Origin: Patescibacteria group bacterium
GTDB taxonomy: Bacteria > Patescibacteriota > Microgenomatia > UBA8517
Direction of reading: 5' to 3'
DNA length: 64,000 nt
NCBI GenBank assembly: GCA_026416845.1
Contig: JAOAEL010000003.1
Coordinates: 78,047-142,046 of the forward strand
This document shows, one piece after another, positions 18,672 through 28,003 of the stretch. Within the stretch, counting starts at the first letter, position 1, and every line of letters starts with the position of its first letter. The notes below the pieces were generated by a model. The model was not told where the DNA came from. It made no database searches and worked only from the letters and a program-made list of their open reading frames with translations. The translations under genes were made by a program, and so were the position numbers.

Positions 18672-21638
18672 CTACCTACATTCTGCATATGCAATTCTAG
18701 ATCCTGGACATTGATTTTCTCTTCCTTCACACCTGTTGTATCTTTCTATATTATTATTGAAATCTGTGGATGGGCAAGTATCCCCGTCTCCACCCACAAA
18801 ACATGCTCCTCTTGCCGGATTTCTATTTATGGCAAAATGTAAATGCTCTGGAGAACCGGGTCTGCTAGCAGACCCGGTTCTATCGGTTGTTCCTAATATT
18901 TGACCTGCTTCTACTCTTTCATTTTCTGAAACAAATATCTCACAAAAGTGAGCATAATAATGGTAAAATCTTCTTCCACTTTGATCTATACTTTCAATTG
19001 CTAGGTTTTTGCCACCTATTGGGTCTATTCTACGATTTCGATTATTTCCAACAACCCAGATTACTCTTCCAGATGCATAAGCAACAACTGCAGCTCTAGC
19101 TGGAGGACTTCTATCTGATGAAACCCCGCTTGGAAATATATCAGTTGATCTGAATCCATCCCAATGAACACACGCATTTCCACTCATTCCTTCTGTTGTT
19201 CCTGAAAATGGGGCTACAGGAAAAGCGTATCTTTGATTATTTGACATCAATACCCCTGTAGGAGTTGGGATTGGGTTAGGAATTGGTCTTATTTCATTAC
19301 AATTATCGACTTGTGGAGCGTTGCCTACAGAAATACAATGGGTATCTGAAACGACTTGTGTCTGATTTGTATTTTCTATTGTTGCTGAAAGCCTTATTGT
19401 GTCACAGACTAAAGAATTAGAATGACTTCTATTAATTCGTATTGAATAATTTGTGACATATTGTCCTATTCCTATTTCACTTGGAATATTTGGAGATCCA
19501 AGAATTTGAGCAGGTTGGTTTTGCGATACGGGTCCAGAATTAGATTGTCTATTAGGTAGTATGGTATAAGTATTAACAAAAGAAACGTTCGTTAAGTTTT
19601 GATTAGTAATTATTGTTATTGTATAGATTACTTCTACTTCTTCTGTTGGATTTTGTATTCTGCTTACTGGTGAACTTTTATCAATTATTATGTTTTCGGA
19701 TTGATTTATTCCTTGCCTTCTTAAAATTAGATCATTTGCTTTGGGAACAACCAATCCACTTGTGTTTATTACAAGCAAAACAAATGCTACAAAAATTATT
19801 ATACCTGCTAATGTTATAGAAAAGAGTATAAGAATTTGTGTAATTAAAATTATGGATAAAGAAGTAAATATTCCTATTAAAATGGAGATTGTTTTGCCTA
19901 GAATTTTGCCTATACCCTTAATATATTTGACAGGATCTTTTAAGAAGTTTATTATTTCGGGCAATATTGTTGCTATTAAACCTAAACCGCCTGTTGCTAA
20001 AGCTGAACCTGCTTTTACCAATAAGCTGGCTAATCCTTTGGCAATTGTGGACTTTGCTAGTTGAAATGTTGTATTTCTTGCCAAAGCGGCAGCTCCTCTT
20101 TTGATTATGTTTCCTCCTATTTTTTGGGTTGCGCTTGGTAGAAGTCCCTTTATTTTTCTTGCTTTTTCGTAAAAATTTCTTAATTGAGGGATTGTATTTA
20201 GTATTTCTTGATTCTTTTCAAATAGTTCTATTATATCTGATGCTCTTACTGATAAAACAGATTGTGTTAGTTGACTGTCTGTAGGTATTTGATAGTTTTT
20301 ACTTTCGCCAAATTTTTCTAAAGCTTTTCTTGTTATTTCATAGCTTCCCGTGTAGGCGTCGATAGAGGGGTCGAGAGGCAAATTATTTTTTGAATCAAAG
20401 AGACCTGATTTTTGTAATTCTTGGTTTATCAAATCTCTTCGCCGAATGGCTTCCTTAATTTTTGGATTTTCTTTTGCTATTTTTTCAGCGGCGCCTGGAT
20501 ATATGCTTGCAAAATATAAAAACTGTTGTGATTCAACGAACTTTTTTATTTTATCATATGTTTCAGTTGGATTTAAATTTAATTGATTTTGTAGTTCTTC
20601 CCCTTGTTCTCCGGTTGAAATTGATTGAACTAAATAATCTGTAGCTTTGTTTATCCTAATTTTTCTATCTTCCAAAAGGAGTTCTGGGGTTATATTTTCT
20701 ATTTTCGTTTTTAAAATGTATGTTGTTGGGGGAATATATTCCGTGTTTGTTGATCCTTTTGATAAGTTTACTTTTCCTGGAAGGTTGTTATCTATCCATC
20801 CTGGGTTATTTATGACAATTTCTGAGTCTTGTTCATTAAATCCGCTTAGTAGTGAGACACGAATTTTGCTATCTTTTTGTTTTTCTTTGTAAACATTTTG
20901 ATTTTTTGATGAAATTTGTTTGACTTCTTTTTCTTTTTCTTCATAATCTTGGGATTCCGAAGCTATTTCTGCCAAGATTTCTATTGCTGTTCTATATTTT
21001 TCTTGCAAAATTTGATCGTATTTACGAAGATCTTTTTCATATTCAGCATCGAGTTGCATTTGTATAGATTCATTTCCTGATGGATCTATTTTTCTAACCG
21101 GTTTTTTAGCTTTTTGAAAAATGATGCTGTATCTTTCATCAGTTGTGTTTGTTAATAACATCGCTTCTGTAATGACTTGATTTGGGTCTAAAAATTGAAG
21201 ATTTTTAATAATATTTGCGGCTATTAAGGCTCTTGAACTCGGAAACTTTGCTATTTTTACCGGTTTAATGTCTTTGCTTAATTTTTGATTTTCATTTTTG
21301 TATTGATAAAAATTTTCTTCTTTTGGAATTTTCTCGCTTTGCTTTTTTTGGATTTGTGTAATTGTTTCCTGTTTTCTAGGAAAATTGTTTCCGTGTATCA
21401 AAATTGTTTGATCGTATATTTTTCTTTTTTCAGGGTTTCTTAATGTATTGTAAGCTTCGGTTATATATTGAGCTGCTTGTAAAGCTTTTTGCTGATTTTC
21501 TGAATCGCTATTAACATGAAGGTCAGGATGGTATTTTTGTATCGCATTTCTGTATGCTTGTTTTATTTCTTCAAAAGTTGCATTTTCTGTAACTCCAAGT
21601 CTTTGATAATAGTTCATTTCCGGAAAGTTGTTGTTCAT
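18672..21638 (-). CDS. J-domain + TM + M23-family peptidase fusion (T4SS-associated peptidoglycan hydrolase candidate)
   Basis: N-terminal NYYQRLGV...IKQAYR..KYHPD; hydrophobic TM block; C-terminal AVVAYASGRV, YYAHF, VEAGQILG, PEHLHFAI. Confidence 0.85.
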   Translation of the reverse strand: MNNNFPEMNYYQRLGVTENATFEEIKQAYRNAIQKYHPDLHVNSDSENQQKALQAAQYITEAYNTLRNPEKRKIYDQTILIHGNNFPRKQETITQIQKKQSEKIPKEENFYQYKNENQKLSKDIKPVKIAKFPSSRALIAANIIKNLQFLDPNQVITEAMLLTNTTDERYSIIFQKAKKPVRKIDPSGNESIQMQLDAEYEKDLRKYDQILQEKYRTAIEILAEIASESQDYEEKEKEVKQISSKNQNVYKEKQKDSKIRVSLLSGFNEQDSEIVINNPGWIDNNLPGKVNLSKGSTNTEYIPPTTYILKTKIENITPELLLEDRKIRINKATDYLVQSISTGEQGEELQNQLNLNPTETYDKIKKFVESQQFLYFASIYPGAAEKIAKENPKIKEAIRRRDLINQELQKSGLFDSKNNLPLDPSIDAYTGSYEITRKALEKFGESKNYQIPTDSQLTQSVLSVRASDIIELFEKNQEILNTIPQLRNFYEKARKIKGLLPSATQKIGGNIIKRGAAALARNTTFQLAKSTIAKGLASLLVKAGSALATGGLGLIATILPEIINFLKDPVKYIKGIGKILGKTISILIGIFTSLSIILITQILILFSITLAGIIIFVAFVLLVINTSGLVVPKANDLILRRQGINQSENIIIDKSSPVSRIQNPTEEVEVIYTITIITNQNLTNVSFVNTYTILPNRQSNSGPVSQNQPAQILGSPNIPSEIGIGQYVTNYSIRINRSHSNSLVCDTIRLSATIENTNQTQVVSDTHCISVGNAPQVDNCNEIRPIPNPIPTPTGVLMSNNQRYAFPVAPFSGTTEGMSGNACVHWDGFRSTDIFPSGVSSDRSPPARAAVVAYASGRVIWVVGNNRNRRIDPIGGKNLAIESIDQSGRRFYHYYAHFCEIFVSENERVEAGQILGTTDRTGSASRPGSPEHLHFAINRNPARGACFVGGDGDTCPSTDFNNNIERYNRCEGRENQCPGSRIAYAECR

Positions 21639-21787
21639 ATATTTTTGGTTTTTATTTGTACATTATATTGTTTTATTACCGTAATTTAACTTAATTATTT
21701 GCAAAATTTTCATTAGACTGATAATTAAATTATTATTAGATTAATTAAATTATTTGCAAGTGTTAATAAGTAAAAAATTTTTGTTAC

Positions 21788-23674
21788 TCATGTTTTTCTT
21801 TGTAGTAACTCTTGAGGTTTTGTTGTTATTAGTTTATGTTCTTCAGGTGATGCGATTACAGAAATTGGTACATGATTATTGCCTGCAAAAAATATGCCTT
21901 GTCCAATATTACTTCCTAGAAGTAATTGTTTTTCTCCTTGAGACAAATAAAAAACTTGTGTTATTTTATCGATTGCAGCTGGAGATTGTTTAAAAAGTAC
22001 TCTAAGAGCTGCGTTTGTAACTACTGCTTTTCCTATATCTTGGCTTAAAAAATCTTCAACATCTTGTGTAATTGTTGTAATTCCCAAGTAATATTTTCTT
22101 GCTCGTTTTACAATTGACCAGAGAAATTGTGCGCTATCTGAATAACGCATCATATGCCATGCTTCATCTACTATTAGAATACGAGGCTTTAGTTCTTTTT
22201 TTACTCTAGTCCATATATAATCAAGAATTATAAACATTGCTATGGGTCTTAATTGATCTTGTAACTCTCGAACTGAAAAAACGGTAAATGGGTTTGTAAT
22301 ATCAAATGTTGTTTGTTGATCGAATATTCCTACATAACTGCCTTTTACAAATTTTTCTATTCTAGCTGCCAAATCTAGTGCTTCAGTAGTTTCCATACCT
22401 ATTAAAATTTTATATAGATCTTCAATTAAAGGTGGTTCTTTAGTTTGTGTTTTTGGATCTTGAGTAATTCCTTTAGATTTATAGGTGGCTACTAAGGCTC
22501 GATCTAAAATAGCTTCTTGATATGGACTTATTTCTCCCATAATTATTTTAAATAATGAATGTAGTGAAAGTATTTTTAAACCTAGTTGATTTTCTCCTTC
22601 TTCGTTTATGTAAGATAAATCAAATGGATTTATTTTTACAGCTGAATTAAATGAGAAAGAAAGGTACTGTCCGCCAACTGCATCGCAAAGTGTTTTGTAT
22701 TCGTTTTCTGGATCAATTATTATTATGTTTGTTCCTAACATTAAACTTCTTAGTGCTTCGAGTTTGACAAAATAACTTTTACCGCCACCTGAGCTTCCAA
22801 ATATGACCATGTTTGAATTTTCTAATGAAAATCTATCAAAGACTATAAAAGATCCATTTTGAGAATTGATGCCATACAAAACACCTTTGTCGTGTGAAAG
22901 CTCGGCTGAGGTTAAAGGAAACATTGTTGCGAGTGAAGTAGTATCCATATTTCTTGTTATAGATAATCGATCCATTCCAAATGGCATTGTTGATAAAAAT
23001 CCATTTTCCATATCTAAAGTTGCGTGTTTTGCTGTTACCAAAACTGAACCGAGTGTTGATTCTATTTGTTTTGTTATTTGATTTAATTGTTCAAGACTTG
23101 CTGCTCTAACTGTTACATAAAATGAAAACTCATAAAAATGTTCTATTCCTTTAACCAATTCTTGTTGAAGCCTTCTTGCGTCTTCCAATTTAGCTTCAGT
23201 TGATGGATTTAATATCTTGCCTCTTTCCAAATCTGTTGCGATTTCTGCTTCCATTTCAGCTATTTTGCGCATTAAATCATTTAAAACATCTTTTCCTTTT
23301 ACAGGATAAATAAAAAATGAAATATCTAAAGAGCTATTAAAGTTAACTAATTGTTCTAACCAGCCCGGAGAAACAAATCTAGGATATCCAGATATAAACA
23401 AGGATCTTAAATATACATCGCCTATTTTTATGTGGTCTAAATCTATTTCTATTTCATTTGTTGCAATTACATTTACAAGTGGAACTCTTTCTTCAAACAC
23501 CGCTTTAGCAATATTGGGGTATTGTGGTTTTTCTCCATGTATTAAAATTTCTTCTTGATTTTCATGATTTTCATTTTTTGATTCCTTTTTTTTTATTACA
23601 GTTTCTGTTATGGGATCAATTGTAAAGTTTATTTCTTCTTTTTTTTGAAAAGGTAAAAAACTTATATTTTTCAT
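21788..23674 (-). CDS. VirB4/TraE-like conjugative-type ATPase
   Basis: Walker A GSSGGGKS, IIIDPENEY, INPFDL, Walker B ILIVDEAW, KRARKY, ITQDVEDFL. Confidence 0.93.
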   Translation of the reverse strand: MKNISFLPFQKKEEINFTIDPITETVIKKKESKNENHENQEEILIHGEKPQYPNIAKAVFEERVPLVNVIATNEIEIDLDHIKIGDVYLRSLFISGYPRFVSPGWLEQLVNFNSSLDISFFIYPVKGKDVLNDLMRKIAEMEAEIATDLERGKILNPSTEAKLEDARRLQQELVKGIEHFYEFSFYVTVRAASLEQLNQITKQIESTLGSVLVTAKHATLDMENGFLSTMPFGMDRLSITRNMDTTSLATMFPLTSAELSHDKGVLYGINSQNGSFIVFDRFSLENSNMVIFGSSGGGKSYFVKLEALRSLMLGTNIIIIDPENEYKTLCDAVGGQYLSFSFNSAVKINPFDLSYINEEGENQLGLKILSLHSLFKIIMGEISPYQEAILDRALVATYKSKGITQDPKTQTKEPPLIEDLYKILIGMETTEALDLAARIEKFVKGSYVGIFDQQTTFDITNPFTVFSVRELQDQLRPIAMFIILDYIWTRVKKELKPRILIVDEAWHMMRYSDSAQFLWSIVKRARKYYLGITTITQDVEDFLSQDIGKAVVTNAALRVLFKQSPAAIDKITQVFYLSQGEKQLLLGSNIGQGIFFAGNNHVPISVIASPEEHKLITTKPQELLQRKT

Positions 23675-23676
23675 AA

Positions 23677-24357
23677 TTAGAAATCATCTTCCGCGGTTTT
23701 AACTGGCACTTCTGGATTGTATACATTATAAAAAAGTTTCAGTAATTCTTCATCGTTAAGTTGTTTTAGTTTGATTGACAACCTGTTTGCCTGTCTTATT
23801 AGGTGATCTCTTTTGGGGTGGAGTGAAATCTTTGCTTTTCTAACAACATAAGATTTAGGATACGGAATTAAGGCTACACCTTTTTTTTGATTAGGGGAAA
23901 ACATGCTTAGTGCAAAAGAATTTTTTGCAAGACCAAGTTCGTATGGATAAAATGGAATGGTGATATAAAATTTTTTGCTCAATATGTTTCGTTTTTTTAT
24001 TGCTTCGTTTATGAAGTTTTTGTAGTCCATCATAATTTGTGCCAATTTTTCGTTTTTGATTTCTTTTTGTTTTTCTTCCAAATATTTCATGTAGCTAGAA
24101 ATATCTTTTTTTTGAGAACTTACTGTAATTTGTATTGGAAATGAAAGCGAGTTTAAAAGTCCAGCATAGGATACTATTACAGCTTCTTGTTCGTTTTCTG
24201 ATAGTAGTCCAAAATTAAGGGAAGTGGACTCCATTACTATTGCAGCTCCTCCATTTTTGTAAAATGCTATTCCATCTGTTATGTCTATAACAGGTACAAG
24301 TTCTTGAGAAGCGACTTTTAACGGTTTGTCAGGTGTAAATATAAAAGGAATTTTCAT
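23677..24357 (-). CDS. T4SS cluster protein resembling a split VirB4/TraC N-terminal region
   Basis: SLNFGLLSENEQEAVIVSYAGLLNSLSFPIQI, KKFYITIP; lies between PrgI and the VirB4-like gene. Confidence 0.7.
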   Translation of the reverse strand: MKIPFIFTPDKPLKVASQELVPVIDITDGIAFYKNGGAAIVMESTSLNFGLLSENEQEAVIVSYAGLLNSLSFPIQITVSSQKKDISSYMKYLEEKQKEIKNEKLAQIMMDYKNFINEAIKKRNILSKKFYITIPFYPYELGLAKNSFALSMFSPNQKKGVALIPYPKSYVVRKAKISLHPKRDHLIRQANRLSIKLKQLNDEELLKLFYNVYNPEVPVKTAEDDF

Positions 24358-24373
24358 TATTATTTTTTTTTAA

Positions 24374-25387
24374 TTAAATAGGGCTTATGATTAATGGTTT
24401 TAGAATCTCGCCTTTCAAAATAATTGTTATTGGTTCGAATTTATAATTTTCTTTTTCTGTCAAGATTTGATACTGACCATTTGCAAGAGGTGTTATAATT
24501 GCGAAGTGTCCTAAACTATTGCTTTTTAAAGCTCTAACTGGCAACCCATTTTCATCTCTAATTTCTATAATTGCGTTTTCGATTATTTTTCCGTCTTTTG
24601 TTATAACTTGACCTACAACAGTATTGGGTTGTGTCGGAAAAGCAGGGTGTGTTTCTGTTGAAAATTTTGCCGTTTGAGTTTGTTGGAAAATTATTTCTCC
24701 TAATATTGGTTTAATTTCTGAGTTTTGCGTGAATCTATCTATTTGTTTTGGTTCATAAACATAAGAGTTTTGATCTTTTACTTGATTTATTATACGTACA
24801 TTTTGTGTTTGTGGAATAGAAATTTCAGTTTTATTTACACCAGATAAATCTTTTTGAATTGCTTCTAAAGGATTTTCGTTTATGTGCTTGTCAACTTTAT
24901 TTAAAAATGCTGCCTCTTTTTTTTCTAGCACAGCTTGCCAAGAATAGCTTGTTTTTTGTTTGATTTCTTGATTGTTTGTTTGAATTTCTAAATCATTACT
25001 TGAAGTGTTTTGAGTAATTTCTTGTTCTTTGTTTTGGAATTGTTGTAATTCTGCTTGATAGGATGGAAGTTCGTCTTGAAAATAATACGGTTTTTGGTAA
25101 TTAGCTTGCCATTCGTAGAGAGTTGGTGAATAAATTGATTTAAAAAAAAGAATTATCCAACGTGAAAGTGGTCTGTCTTCAACAGGGAAAAAAGCTAAAG
25201 CAATACCTAATAAAAAGGCAAACAGCATTAATGGCCATTTGATATAGGATGGAAGTCCCGATGAATACAAAATCAATGCAACCAACGTGCCACCAGCAAC
25301 TTGGAAGAATTGTTTTATTGTCATATCTCCTACCAATTTGAATTGGTATGAAGATATTTGTTGGGGAATTGCATGTTCTTGGTCCAT
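24374..25387 (-). CDS. PrgI family membrane protein with a C-terminal carboxypeptidase-regulatory-like domain
   Basis: HAIPQQISSYQFKLVGDMTIKQF, two TM helices, EDRPLSRW; C-terminal VVGQVITKDGKIIENAIIEI...GQYQI. Confidence 0.85.
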   Translation of the reverse strand: MDQEHAIPQQISSYQFKLVGDMTIKQFFQVAGGTLVALILYSSGLPSYIKWPLMLFAFLLGIALAFFPVEDRPLSRWIILFFKSIYSPTLYEWQANYQKPYYFQDELPSYQAELQQFQNKEQEITQNTSSNDLEIQTNNQEIKQKTSYSWQAVLEKKEAAFLNKVDKHINENPLEAIQKDLSGVNKTEISIPQTQNVRIINQVKDQNSYVYEPKQIDRFTQNSEIKPILGEIIFQQTQTAKFSTETHPAFPTQPNTVVGQVITKDGKIIENAIIEIRDENGLPVRALKSNSLGHFAIITPLANGQYQILTEKENYKFEPITIILKGEILKPLIISPI

Positions 25388-25602
25388 AGTAATTAGTTTG
25401 TTTAAGTTAAGTTATAAGTTAATAGAATTTTTTACATTTATTTTGAATTTTTTAATTTAAAAGTTATAATTGTACAAGAAAAATTTAATTTAGGCTAATT
25501 TGTGATAGAGTCTTAATCTAGATTTATATATAGTATTTTATATAATATAATTTTTAAAGTGGTTTAATAATTTTAAATAATTTAATAACTCTAGTTTAAA
25601 TA

Positions 25603-27993
25603 GTGTTTATGGATAATGAAAGTAACAAAAATTTACCGCAATATGATCGTTGGTCCTTTGATGAACTTTTGGGTATGGTAGAGAACAATCCGTATAACGA
25701 AGAGTGCAAGCGGGAATTTGAAAAAAGAAAAGAAATTTTAAGCAATGACAATCGTTTAGTTCAAAAAATTTTAGAAGAATTTTATTCTCTAATAAGAAGT
25801 GGTGAACTTTTTCCAAACTTTAAGGAAATAGAGGGTCGAATACTTTCAGAGTTTCCGAAGTTTGATTCTGATAAGTATAAAGGAATGATTGCTGACACAG
25901 TTAAATCTGTTTTTGAAGAATTTAATTTTAGAAGAAAAATAGGAACTAGTTTTCAAAAATTTGAAAGAGATAAGCTAAATGAAAAACAGAGAAAAACTTT
26001 TGAAAATATTTTATCTCATCGATATGTAAATGTAACTATAGATTGGACTATTGTAGATTTAGATTTAATAGTTTATGGTAGTGATCGAGAAAATATAGCT
26101 AGAGAAGGGTATCAGCAAGTAATAAATTTGCTTTTGCAAATTATTCAAGACAAGAAACGAAAAGATGACGATAGAATTAAAGCCGGTGATGCAATTCGAT
26201 CAATTTTCAAAGAATTGGGTAGAGAATTAGGGCTAGAATGGGTTGGCAGTTTTTTAGATACACTAGAAAGCATAATTAATGATCCAAATTTCAAATCTAA
26301 GAATGATTTAATCAAAAGCTTAAAAGCATTTATTGACATTATGGAATATAGTGTTTATCCGCATAATGGCTGTTTAAAAATTGAAACAGTTGAAAAATTG
26401 CTACACAAATATCTCAGTGTTAGACAAAAATATGGAGGAATTATAAATGCTTTGTTATCAGGTTTAATTCGGTACGCTGAAGTTATGACAAAAGAAGAAA
26501 AAGATAAAAATGAAGAACTTGATGACATTAAAAAGTTTGAGATTTTGGTTAATCCAAAGTACTTGGAATTTTTTGACAGAATTGAATCTGATGATCAAAA
26601 AAGAGCGGAACAAATAATTAGTTTTGCCGGAAAAGAAAAGGAAAAGCAAGTTGACAAAGAAAAACCACAAGTTGAGGAATCTTTGCATATAGAAATTTTT
26701 AGTTTGTTGTCAAAAATTTTAGATTCAGATATCCCTATAGTCCCAAGGCAAAGTTTTGAATTACCAGGTTTAAATTCTGGTTGGGTTCAAAAAACTTTAT
26801 TTCAGGAAATTATTAGTTTAAATGAAAAAAATAAAGATGAAAATTTCAGAAAATTTGTAGAATCCGTTTTGTCAATTGTTGATTCTTACTCTGTGTTAAA
26901 AATGTGTTTAGAATCTTCTGGTAATGATTTAACAATTTTTGGACAGCGTGTCAGAATGTGTTACCTAACTGAAGAATTAAAGGAATATCTTGTTACTCCA
27001 GATAAAATACTTTGTGCTTATTCTGATCATAGATTAGTTGTGCCTTTCGCTTTGGAATTGCTAAAGCGTGCTAGCACTGACAATGGTTTAGATGGGTTAG
27101 GAAGATTGAACGCAAGACAACCAGGAGAGAGCAATGCTCAGTTTGAAGCCAGAATAAAAAATATAAAAGATAGAATTCTTTTGGAGCTAAAGAATGAGTG
27201 TGAAAATAAATTAATTGCTGGTTTAAGTTTAAAAATTGCGGAGAAAATTGCTAAGATTACATTTTTAGAATTTTTTTGGGATAATCAGTTTTTACTTGGA
27301 AAAATATCGAAAATGATGAATTTTAAAGAATATAGAGAGAGATTAAAGGATAGCGGTGATGTTGGTCCGAAGGATACTATTGAGATAATTCCAACTTTAT
27401 TGTCTCCTTTTAATAAGTATGAGAGAATTGAAAATGGGGGAGAAGATTTTGATATAAAAACTGTTCAAGACATTGAACGTTTATATTTTGGTAGTAAGAA
27501 AGAATCTTTGGATTTATCCGAAGATTTTAAAAATTCTGGTAGATACTCTTGGCTCGATTATTGTTGTGTTGTTATTCCAAAATCTGCCAAAGCTTTTGAT
27601 CGACTTTTAAATACTAATCCGCCACAAACGCTAGAAGAGGCTGAAGCTATAGCAACTGAATTAAATAGCGCTGATCCTAAAGGACGTTTCCGTTTGCTTG
27701 TTATATATATGTTGGGAATAATTCGCACAAATGATGCAAATGAAAAATTTGATCCTCGTAAGTTTCGATCTTTTTTTTATCAATACAGTTTAAAAAAAAC
27801 AATTTTAGGACGATTTTTGCCAAAATGGTTAATTAATATTTTTGACACTAGAGGTAAAAGAACTGTGGAGTACATAACCGAAGAACAAGAAGAATGGCTT
27901 TATTATAAAACCAGTGGAATTGGAAATTTTTTTGAAAAATTTGAAAAATCTGTCAATTTACCTCCGATAAAAAACAAGAACAAAGAAAATTGA
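25603..27993 (+). CDS. Hypothetical helical, charged protein on the opposite strand inside the T4SS-like cluster
   Basis: 796-aa open frame with no recognised motif. Confidence 0.8.
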   Translation: MFMDNESNKNLPQYDRWSFDELLGMVENNPYNEECKREFEKRKEILSNDNRLVQKILEEFYSLIRSGELFPNFKEIEGRILSEFPKFDSDKYKGMIADTVKSVFEEFNFRRKIGTSFQKFERDKLNEKQRKTFENILSHRYVNVTIDWTIVDLDLIVYGSDRENIAREGYQQVINLLLQIIQDKKRKDDDRIKAGDAIRSIFKELGRELGLEWVGSFLDTLESIINDPNFKSKNDLIKSLKAFIDIMEYSVYPHNGCLKIETVEKLLHKYLSVRQKYGGIINALLSGLIRYAEVMTKEEKDKNEELDDIKKFEILVNPKYLEFFDRIESDDQKRAEQIISFAGKEKEKQVDKEKPQVEESLHIEIFSLLSKILDSDIPIVPRQSFELPGLNSGWVQKTLFQEIISLNEKNKDENFRKFVESVLSIVDSYSVLKMCLESSGNDLTIFGQRVRMCYLTEELKEYLVTPDKILCAYSDHRLVVPFALELLKRASTDNGLDGLGRLNARQPGESNAQFEARIKNIKDRILLELKNECENKLIAGLSLKIAEKIAKITFLEFFWDNQFLLGKISKMMNFKEYRERLKDSGDVGPKDTIEIIPTLLSPFNKYERIENGGEDFDIKTVQDIERLYFGSKKESLDLSEDFKNSGRYSWLDYCCVVIPKSAKAFDRLLNTNPPQTLEEAEAIATELNSADPKGRFRLLVIYMLGIIRTNDANEKFDPRKFRSFFYQYSLKKTILGRFLPKWLINIFDTRGKRTVEYITEEQEEWLYYKTSGIGNFFEKFEKSVNLPPIKNKNKEN

Positions 27994-28003
27994 AAATTGA
28001 ATT

